From positions 720,619 to 784,618 of the forward strand of contig CAVOJZ010000002.1 of the NCBI GenBank assembly GCA_963696395.1: a DNA stretch of 64,000 nt, written 5' to 3'. Both the position numbers and the translations under genes were made by a program. The notes below the pieces were generated by a model, which worked only from the letters and a program-made list of their open reading frames with translations, ran no database searches and was not told where the DNA came from. Below, in pieces: positions 57,396 through 64,000 of the stretch. Origin of the DNA: an uncultured bacterium. Lineage in GTDB: Bacteria; Patescibacteriota; Minisyncoccia; UBA6257; 2-01-FULL-56-20. How positions within the stretch are numbered: position 1 is the first letter of the stretch; the number at the start of each line of letters is the position of its first letter.

Positions 57396-58164
57396 TAGCG
57401 ACGAGTTTTGAAAAGCCGAGATCCGGCATGGCGGGCTTTTTGATGCCAACTTCTTTTTCCCAGAATGTTTCGTTCCGCAAAAGCTCTATGATCCAAGGGA
57501 AGTGTGCGTCCTGTGAAAAGATGATGCCGCCGGAAGAAGTGATCGGGTAAAGATAATGAAGGCAATCCCGTGTTGACTGAACGAGGTCAACATTGATGCA
57601 TGCCGCCGCGACGGGCTCGTGGAATTTTGGCATGGTATCGCTGAAGAAACCTTTGTGAAATTCTACACCCTTCAACGAGCCGAATTTTTCAACGTTGCCT
57701 CGCACTTCGTCAAGGCCAACGGCGTGGCTGCCTTTCGGGAAGTGATGTTCACGCCCGTAGATGCTCTTGCCGTGCTCTTCGGTGTTCTCCGGCATGCCTT
57801 CAAAAGAGTCGAAAACATGAAAATCCCGCTTTGCGAGTTGCGCAACCAGGCTAAGCTTTGCCGTGCTGCCTCCATGGAATGAGCCGGCCTCGGCTATTGC
57901 TCCCGGAACATGAGGGCCAAGGTCAAGAATTTTTCGGGCAATCGTGATCAGCTCGTTTTCGGTATGGGGACAATCAACATAATATGAGATGGCGTAAAAC
58001 TTTTTAACGAGGCGAAACCGTTCGCCGAATGTGGTCGTTGATTTTGTTGCGTGGAATAAAAATCCCATCGCCGCCGGAAAATCCTGCGGGAAATAATAAA
58101 TTTTCCGATACAAATAATGAAGCGGCCACGGCGTGAGTCTTTTGATGCGGCTGCGGAGGGTCAT
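57382..58164 (-). CDS. TylF/MycF (macrocin O-methyltransferase) family protein
   Basis: VPGAIAEAGSFHGGS, VFDSFEGMP, FHKGFFSDT, NVDLVQST. Confidence 0.85.
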   Translation of the reverse strand: MTLRSRIKRLTPWPLHYLYRKIYYFPQDFPAAMGFLFHATKSTTTFGERFRLVKKFYAISYYVDCPHTENELITIARKILDLGPHVPGAIAEAGSFHGGSTAKLSLVAQLAKRDFHVFDSFEGMPENTEEHGKSIYGREHHFPKGSHAVGLDEVRGNVEKFGSLKGVEFHKGFFSDTMPKFHEPVAAACINVDLVQSTRDCLHYLYPITSSGGIIFSQDAHFPWIIELLRNETFWEKEVGIKKPAMPDLGFSKLVAIIHP

Positions 58165-58937
58165 ATTTTTGTCCGTTTCACCTCCGTATTTCTTGGAGTC
58201 CCTTCGGGCGCGGTGCCGATTCTGCGGACAATGACAAATGGAGTCATTTTGTTTCCTTGGCCGAGCGGGTTATCGAGTAAAATTCTCCGTATGATTGCTT
58301 TATCAAGGCCGACGCCTCGACTCACGCCTAGAATCTTCACGTCAATAAAATTGGCGTCGGCAGTTACCGAAGGGATGCCGATCGTGGTCTCCACGTCGTC
58401 GCAATCGCGCTGCGGATTTGCCGGAGGAAGGACAGCCCATTCGGTGTAGGGGTACATGTCTTCCGGAATGAAACCGTCAATTTCTGAAACACGATGTCCG
58501 GCTACAACCCAAAACCATCCTCGCTGGCCGATCAATTTTCCGAATGCGCCGATCGCCATCGCGGGAATGATGCGCCACCAGCCTGCTTCTTCTATGGCAA
58601 CCTGGATCTTTTCCGGATTATTCCATGCGGTCATGGTCTTATGTTTTGTGACGCCTTTTTGGACGAGGCGGGCGAGCCACGTCACTTTCACGGTTGAAAT
58701 ATGTCGCACGCGGTTTTGGCTGATGGAAATTAATTTTTCCGACAGTGCCACCCAGTCGCCGGGCTGCCAGTGAGGCTTCACGAACTCTTTTAAGATGTTT
58801 TCAAGATTCTCGCCGAATTCAAGGAGCCGAGGAACCTTGATGGGGAAGCGTTCATAGATAATGCCGTCCACTGTGATGAGACGTCCAGGTTGGATGCCTG
58901 GCGGCGTTGAGGTATCGGGAAGATTCGAGGGAAGCAT
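58161..58937 (-). CDS. Coenzyme F420-0:L-glutamate ligase (CofE)-like protein
   Basis: GD.VALSEKLISISQ, EIDG, DAN, DNPLGQG..MTP...VR. Confidence 0.75.
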   Translation of the reverse strand: MLPSNLPDTSTPPGIQPGRLITVDGIIYERFPIKVPRLLEFGENLENILKEFVKPHWQPGDWVALSEKLISISQNRVRHISTVKVTWLARLVQKGVTKHKTMTAWNNPEKIQVAIEEAGWWRIIPAMAIGAFGKLIGQRGWFWVVAGHRVSEIDGFIPEDMYPYTEWAVLPPANPQRDCDDVETTIGIPSVTADANFIDVKILGVSRGVGLDKAIIRRILLDNPLGQGNKMTPFVIVRRIGTAPEGTPRNTEVKRTKI

Positions 58938-59058
58938 ATGCGCTTTATTATAGAGGAAGACGCGCCCAATTTCCACGGCAAAATTTGACACAGGCCTCCA
59001 TTTTGAGGCAGAATAGGGGCAGCAACAAGGGAATTAAATTAAAGAAAAGAGGCGAGAG

Positions 59059-60123
59059 ATGCTGATCAAATCAGTTTACAAGAACGAAGGGCTCGAACGA
59101 GTTATCAATTTTTTCGAGTGTGGTCTCCCGCCGCTGACCATGGCGAGAGCTCCATTCGACGTTCGAACGTCTGAGTGGTATAAGGATTATCATCTTGAGG
59201 GAATTGTCGAGGCAACACTGCTTGAGTTCGGCCGGATTCCTACGGGAAACGGTAAGGCGCTTTCTGCAATGCGGATATTTCTTGATAAGCAAGAACAAGG
59301 AATGTTCGATGATTATCCCGAAGTCGATCTCAGTTCCTCCGGTAACTTTGCCGCCGCTGCCGGTTTTTTACGAAAATTCTTTCCGATTCGGCGAGTCAAC
59401 GCCATTATCGACAAGAAAGTTCTTCGCGGAAAACGAAGGCAGTTGGAATTTGCGAACGTTAACATCGTTGATGCACCGGAAGGTGTTTCCCCGATACAGT
59501 ATGCCCATGAGTTGGCTCAACAACCTGGACATCTGGAAATCAACCAGTACGTCGAGAAGGGAAGTATCAACGCCCAAAAGTGGACAGCAAACCATATAAC
59601 TCGATGCTGCAGGCGGCTCGGCATAGAGCCGAGACTCTTCGGTGCAGTGACCGGTACGCGTGCCACGGTAATCGGCGGAAAGAAATTTCTGCTGAATGAT
59701 TGGCCCGACATCAAAACCTTCGGTGTTGCGTCGATGTGGACCGAAGGAGACAAAGAAGACCGGGAAAAAGTTGACGGTAGCCGTTCGCGAAAGGGGCTGA
59801 AGGAGCTCGAAGGGATCGAAGGTTTTGAATTAGAAAAAGCCCTCGATTTTGAACTCGTGACATCCGTCACTAAGAAGCGTGCTCTTCGGACGAACGTCGA
59901 GCTTGTGAGAGACTGGATTCCGGTTGGCGGAACCGGAGCTCTACTCCTTGCAGGATCTTACGACCTTATCCGCGACATTTGTTTGGGCAAATTCCCGGGT
60001 GTAACCATTGACTCAATGAAAAACGAGAAGGGAAAGATTCCTATGGTGATGCCCGTGATTGATGCCTATCAGATGTATAGTCAGGATCCCGCCTACGACG
60101 AAGCTTTGAAAGAAGCTGAGTGA
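59059..60123 (+). CDS. Divergent fold-type II PLP-dependent enzyme (cysteine synthase/CBS-like)
   Basis: PTGNGK (candidate PLP Lys), SSSGNF, NQY, TGT Gly loop, D...Y near the C-terminus. Confidence 0.65.
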   Translation: MLIKSVYKNEGLERVINFFECGLPPLTMARAPFDVRTSEWYKDYHLEGIVEATLLEFGRIPTGNGKALSAMRIFLDKQEQGMFDDYPEVDLSSSGNFAAAAGFLRKFFPIRRVNAIIDKKVLRGKRRQLEFANVNIVDAPEGVSPIQYAHELAQQPGHLEINQYVEKGSINAQKWTANHITRCCRRLGIEPRLFGAVTGTRATVIGGKKFLLNDWPDIKTFGVASMWTEGDKEDREKVDGSRSRKGLKELEGIEGFELEKALDFELVTSVTKKRALRTNVELVRDWIPVGGTGALLLAGSYDLIRDICLGKFPGVTIDSMKNEKGKIPMVMPVIDAYQMYSQDPAYDEALKEAE

Positions 60124-60130
60124 TAGCAAC

Positions 60131-60170
60131 AGGCCGAATGCGCAAATAACCGCGCGTTCGGCCTCTTTTT
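60131..60170 (+). terminator. Intrinsic terminator
   Basis: aggccgaatgcgc ... gcgcgttcggcct followed by cttttt. Confidence 0.75.
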
Positions 60171-60720
60171 ATTTCCGCACTTTTAGCTCCACAAGCAGTT
60201 CGTCTAAGTTTTTAAAAAATGCTTCTGCCGTCCCATTGTTTTCGATAACCATATCAGCCGCGGCAAGAACCTTATCCATTTCATGCGCACCGACGTCATC
60301 GCGGCGCTCCCGATCTTCTTCTTTTTTGAATTGCTCGAAGCTCGTGACATCTCCTGGCCGCTTGCGTGCAAGCGCTCGCGCGTAGCGCAATTCAACCGGG
60401 GCATCGATTGCGAGAAGCAAAAAATTACGCCCAAAATGTTTATTTAAAAAATCAACGGCCGATAAGTTGCGCAATCCGGAGACAACCGCGTTGCCAGTGA
60501 TGCGTCGTACGATTTCCTCGGCGGGGAAGCGGTTGCCGTGCAGAGCGCGCATCTCGCGGACAAACGCATGAGTTTGAGTTCGATCGGTTGGAATATTCCG
60601 CTCATGCATCAGTTCGCGGATGATGTTTCCACTGGAGACATGCTGGAACCCTTTTGCGGCAAGATAATTTGCGGCAACATCCTTTCCCGCGGAAGGATGC
60701 CCGACGATTGCAATGACCAT
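60169..60720 (-). CDS. P-loop NMP kinase (dephospho-CoA/cytidylate kinase-like)
   Basis: GHPSAGKD Walker A, IDAPVELRY.R...R.R, ADMVIENNGT. Confidence 0.8.
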   Translation of the reverse strand: MVIAIVGHPSAGKDVAANYLAAKGFQHVSSGNIIRELMHERNIPTDRTQTHAFVREMRALHGNRFPAEEIVRRITGNAVVSGLRNLSAVDFLNKHFGRNFLLLAIDAPVELRYARALARKRPGDVTSFEQFKKEEDRERRDDVGAHEMDKVLAAADMVIENNGTAEAFFKNLDELLVELKVRK

Positions 60721-60741
60721 TAACATCACTATAACGTGAAT

Positions 60742-60769
60742 TTGACAAACTGTAAAATATTGTTATAAT
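60742..60769 (+). promoter_or_regulatory. Consensus sigma70 promoter TTGACA-N16-TATAAT with extended TG
   Basis: TTGACA at 60742-60747, TG at 60761-60762, TATAAT at 60764-60769. Confidence 0.8.
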
Positions 60770-60894
60770 TACATCAGCACCTAAAAACTTTCTCCTGCGA
60801 CAAGCGTCGCTTGCGATCTTTGTCGCAGGAGGAAGGCTCGCATAGGGCCAGCGGCTGGTCGGGCTGCCAAAACAACCCTTCCTGCCACATGCCC

Positions 60895-61065
60895 ATGAGA
60901 CAAGCGATCGCATTTGTACTGATAATGATCGCCTTCGGCATCTTCATGCCGGAAGTTCTCCATGCGTTGAGCGTCTTCCTGCTGACGCTCTTTACCAAGA
61001 GCACTGCGTTCCTAAACGCATTGCCCGTTAGCCCTGCTATGGTGAGTCCGGCCGCGGGCCACTAG
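60895..61065 (+). CDS. Small hydrophobic protein (about 56 aa)
   Basis: MRQAIAFVLIMIAFGIFMPEVL...; lies between a strong promoter and a terminator. Alternative start 60889. Confidence 0.6.
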   Translation: MRQAIAFVLIMIAFGIFMPEVLHALSVFLLTLFTKSTAFLNALPVSPAMVSPAAGH

Positions 61066-61066
61066 C

Positions 61067-61108
61067 AGAAAGGGCATCTACCATTTTGGTAGGTGCCCGT
61101 TTCTTTTT
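61067..61108. terminator. Intrinsic terminator
   Basis: gggcatctacca-ttt-tggtaggtgccc followed by a T-rich tract. Confidence 0.78.
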
Positions 61109-61121
61109 AATTGATTTTTAA

Positions 61122-61607
61122 TCACTCGCGGTTTTTCTTTCTCAGTGAAAAATGAAAGAAAGCGTCAAACCCAAGGTATTGGCCGGCCTTCGCTGCAATT
61201 AATAGCAAAAGGCAGATGATGATGACAAGCTCGTCATTAATGAATTGTGCGATGCTCGAAAGAGAGTAGTTAAGATTGAGGCCAGGCAGATAACTTGCGA
61301 GCAACAATATGATTGCGGCAAACGAAGATAAGCGCGTCAGGAAGCCGAGTATAAGAAGAGCGCCAATCACGAGGAATGCCCATTCGGCGAATGGATGCAG
61401 CCATGTCATGGAGGCCGCCGCGCTCAGATTTCCCAGCCAGTTGTAGAGACCCGGTACGGATCGTCCCTGAAGTACGAGGCCGAGTTGGGGATTAAAAAGG
61501 CTGGTAAACCCAAGATAGAAAAAACTCAGGCCGAGCGATATGCGCAGCAAGAAGATTATCATGCGCAAGGAATGGGGAATCTTGGAGTGCGGTTGGGCAC
61601 CAAACAT
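61122..61607 (-). CDS. DoxX-family membrane protein
   Basis: LRISLG..F...G, IG.LLILG.LTR, AG.Y.G.D. Confidence 0.8.
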   Translation of the reverse strand: MFGAQPHSKIPHSLRMIIFLLRISLGLSFFYLGFTSLFNPQLGLVLQGRSVPGLYNWLGNLSAAASMTWLHPFAEWAFLVIGALLILGFLTRLSSFAAIILLLASYLPGLNLNYSLSSIAQFINDELVIIICLLLLIAAKAGQYLGFDAFFHFSLRKKNRE

Positions 61608-61621
61608 ACTATAATAATAGC

Positions 61622-62161
61622 ATGAAGGCCGAGTTCACCGGATTTGAAAACAATAAGAAGCATCGTCTTGGGCATCGGGCATTCACTCTTTTTTTGTTTC
61701 GACGGGTGAAACTCTTTTTATTTCTCGTCGCGTTGAGTTTCGCTGCGTGGTACGCCGAGCGTTGGATGCCACCCGTTTACGCCCCGTGGGGAGATTATGC
61801 CGTGAAAATGCTTGGCGTGCTGTGCGTCGCTTATTTTGTACTCATCTTTATTGAAACCTACCTGGAGTACCGCTATTACACCTATCTTTTTACGGACGAA
61901 GCATTCATGATGACGTCGGGGTATATGGTTCGGACCGAGATGGCGGCCCTCTACCATCAGATACAAAATGTGAATATTATGCGGTCGCCGCTCGACCGCC
62001 TTATTGGCGTGAGCCGGATTGTGGTTTATATGACAGGCGATAAAGCTTCTCCTCACAATCAGCTCGTTTTGCCCGGTGTCGGGAAAACAAAAGCGAAACA
62101 CGTGCAGCAGGAGCTGCTAACCCGGGCGCGAAAGCATTTTAACATGGAGGAAAGGGGCTAG
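61622..62161 (+). CDS. Membrane protein with a bacterial PH (bPH_2) domain
   Basis: Two TMs, then Y.Y......G...R......IQNV.....L.RL.G. Confidence 0.8.
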   Translation: MKAEFTGFENNKKHRLGHRAFTLFLFRRVKLFLFLVALSFAAWYAERWMPPVYAPWGDYAVKMLGVLCVAYFVLIFIETYLEYRYYTYLFTDEAFMMTSGYMVRTEMAALYHQIQNVNIMRSPLDRLIGVSRIVVYMTGDKASPHNQLVLPGVGKTKAKHVQQELLTRARKHFNMEERG

Positions 62162-63480
62162 TTCGGGAAGTCGAAGCGGTTGATGGAGCCCTGGTTTAAC
62201 AGGTAAAGAGCATTCGATTGCGGGTCGTAGGAAGATATCGTCCCCGCCGAGATGGTTGTGACGTTGATGAGACTTGTGTCGGCGAGATCGAAGAACGCAA
62301 CGCTCGATGGATAATTCACAAAAAGATGAGTTTCATCTTTGTACCACGTGAGACTTTTTACGTCGGCCATATCCGGAAGGTTGAAACGGTAATAGTCGTT
62401 GCCTGCGAAGTCAAAAATTTCAACGCTCTCATTTTCCAATGCCGCGATCAGGTTTCCGTCAACCGTCGGATAAAATGCCTTCACATCACTCGCAAGCTGG
62501 CGAAGATTGTTTGATGAAACAGTATAAATATAGAGGGATCCGTCGCTCTGCACGATGCCAAGCTCGTCGTTCGTGATCCATGCGAGCCCCTGGGTGGCTC
62601 CCGCGACATTAATGGGGCTAACCGCGATTCTTCCCGCAAACTTGTCATAAACCGAAATTTTGGAGCTGTCGGCCGTGGTTGAAAAAGCGCTCCACGCAAG
62701 GAATGGCTGCGAGGCGGCCATGAATGGGGCAATGGTGCTCCCCGAAGACGCCGTTCCGATCGTCGACGCAATTCCCGTGCCAAGATCGATGCTCCAGACA
62801 CGTCCCGGCAGGACCGCAAGCGCTGTGGTGTCGTTGTATGGGTCAATTGTGATCAGGCTGATGGTCCTCGGGACGATATGCTGTTTCTGAAAAATGGCTC
62901 CAAGGCCAAGCGTTTTCTGTGTCGTGAAATCATACACCAAATAATTTCCTTTTGGATCCTGATAGATCATATTTTTTAAATCGGTGCTGTGGCTCATAAT
63001 GGTGCCTGTTGCAATCGCAAGATTTCGCCAGGTGATTGTTCCGTTTGCATGCTGATCGACGTGATCGTCGCCGATTTCAAAGAAGTTTACGATATTGCTT
63101 GTCGTTGCAACAGCGGTGCTGATTTGCGGTACAAGCACGGCATATTTCATTTCAACGACGAGCGACGGTTCCACGTCCGCATTTTCACGCCATACGTCGT
63201 AACCGGGCATCGATAGGCCAAGAATATAATTTTTCGGGAAGAGATTCGAGAGGAGCGTCCCGTGACTCAGGAAATTGGACTGGTTTTGCAGGGACTTTCC
63301 ATCAAGCGTTATGGACGCGCTTTGCGGGAATGCGCGGACATAGATACCGCCTACTTTTTCGGTCTGGAAATTGGAAAGATTAATGCGCCACCCTTCGGCA
63401 TAAAGGACGACGGCGCTTCCGACAAGAACAAAGAGAACAACAAGAACATAGAAGATCGTTTTTCGGGTCCGCCTTGTCAT
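62158..63480 (-). CDS. Membrane-anchored PEGA-domain protein with a probable beta-propeller
   Basis: TM, YA.GWR, GGIYV...P..A.I.LDG, L.P..Y......GY..W. Confidence 0.78.
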   Translation of the reverse strand: MTRRTRKTIFYVLVVLFVLVGSAVVLYAEGWRINLSNFQTEKVGGIYVRAFPQSASITLDGKSLQNQSNFLSHGTLLSNLFPKNYILGLSMPGYDVWRENADVEPSLVVEMKYAVLVPQISTAVATTSNIVNFFEIGDDHVDQHANGTITWRNLAIATGTIMSHSTDLKNMIYQDPKGNYLVYDFTTQKTLGLGAIFQKQHIVPRTISLITIDPYNDTTALAVLPGRVWSIDLGTGIASTIGTASSGSTIAPFMAASQPFLAWSAFSTTADSSKISVYDKFAGRIAVSPINVAGATQGLAWITNDELGIVQSDGSLYIYTVSSNNLRQLASDVKAFYPTVDGNLIAALENESVEIFDFAGNDYYRFNLPDMADVKSLTWYKDETHLFVNYPSSVAFFDLADTSLINVTTISAGTISSYDPQSNALYLLNQGSINRFDFPN

Positions 63481-63516
63481 TATGCTAGTTTATCATATTC
63501 GCGATGGTTGTTCGTG

Positions 63517-63549
63517 AAACAAAAAATCCGACGATTCGTCGGGTTCTTT
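63517..63549 (-). terminator. Terminator downstream of the ncRNA
   Basis: Minus strand cccgacga-a-tcgtcgga followed by ttttttg. Confidence 0.7.
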
Positions 63550-63552
63550 GAT

Positions 63553-63671
63553 GATCCGGCTGGAGATCTCTGGCGGTTAGCCAGGTGGGTGGGCTCAACT
63601 GCGGTCCACGGACTGCAGGGATATCGCCCTCCCTGATAAGATTGTTTGATCCGAGATCTACAGCGGGATCC
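63553..63671 (-). ncRNA. Rod-shaped small RNA, 6S (SsrS)-like
   Basis: Extended -10 TGgTATAAT (63685-63677); 5' and 3' ends pair (GATCC.GCTG.AGATCTC / GAGATCT.CAGC.GGATC); A-rich internal bubble; apical stems; terminator follows. Confidence 0.6.
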
Positions 63672-63713
63672 AATTCATTATACCATGCGACCGGACAAAA
63701 ACTTACACACACC

Positions 63714-64000
63714 CTAAAACGTCCGATCGCCGGTATGGAAGACTTTGCCGACAACGGTGCCGAGCGTGTAGGTTGCAAGGGCTGTTCCAAGCATGAGGGC
63801 CACCGACTCGCTGATTTCACGCCAGAATTTGCGGTCAAATACTACGGCTCCAAAAAAAGTGAATGCGCCGAGCAGAATGATACCGATCGTTGTTGAAACT
63901 GCAAATGCCGTTATCATCGTTGTGATAAAAAAGTATGGCATTGCAAGGAAAATGACCGAAAGGAAATAGGAAGCCCATGTGGTGAGTCCGGAGATGATTG
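63714..64000 (-). CDS. VIT1/CCC1-family transporter, 3' part (truncated by the window edge)
   Basis: Frame open to the edge: SGLTTWASYFLSVIFLAMPYFF...RKFWREISES...TYTLG. Confidence 0.72.
   Translation of the reverse strand, partial: IISGLTTWASYFLSVIFLAMPYFFITTMITAFAVSTTIGIILLGAFTFFGAVVFDRKFWREISESVALMLGTALATYTLGTVVGKVFHTGDRTF

Noticed and set aside
63553-63671. SRP (4.5S) RNA
   Set aside because: The conserved helix-8 motif (CAGG...GNRA...AGCAG) is not present.
1-64000. CRISPR array, tRNA/rRNA, IS elements, integrase or prophage
   Set aside because: No regularly spaced short repeats, cloverleafs, transposase, integrase or phage structural genes were recognised by eye.

Overview
64 kb of gene-dense bacterial DNA in genetic code 11 (TGA is used as a stop). 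Gene content and style suggest a Patescibacteria/CPR (Parcubacteria-like) genome; this is inferred from the near absence of metabolic genes, many Ser/Thr-rich secreted proteins, and -10 boxes sitting just upstream of start codons with no obvious Shine-Dalgarno sequence. Main blocks: (1) 0.3-2.9 kb, ABC-2 exporter and an SPFH protein. (2) About 5.3-38.7 kb, a mostly co-oriented cell-surface locus: Ig/FN3-peptidoglycan-binding protein, two membrane-anchored cohesin proteins, two dockerin proteins, four DUF916-like (WxL-partner/chaperone-like) membrane proteins, five proteins ending in a WxL/fimbrial-like domain (including a near-identical tandem pair), a fibre-like protein, two Hsp20s and a MacB/LolCDE-type ABC pair. 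(3) About 41.9-57.4 kb, a putative c-di-GMP/biofilm region: processive GT2, three paralogous TIM-barrel glycoside-hydrolase-like proteins, an intact GGDEF-EAL enzyme, a divergent tandem-HTH protein with PilZ-like RxxxR motifs, and two type IV pilin-like genes that each appear to share a split domain with a downstream secreted adhesin. (4) Miscellaneous enzymes and membrane proteins, plus a promoter- and terminator-bounded rod-shaped ncRNA (6S-like) near 63.6 kb. No rRNA, tRNA, CRISPR array, transposase or integrase was recognised. All family assignments come from reading motifs by eye; no database search was run.
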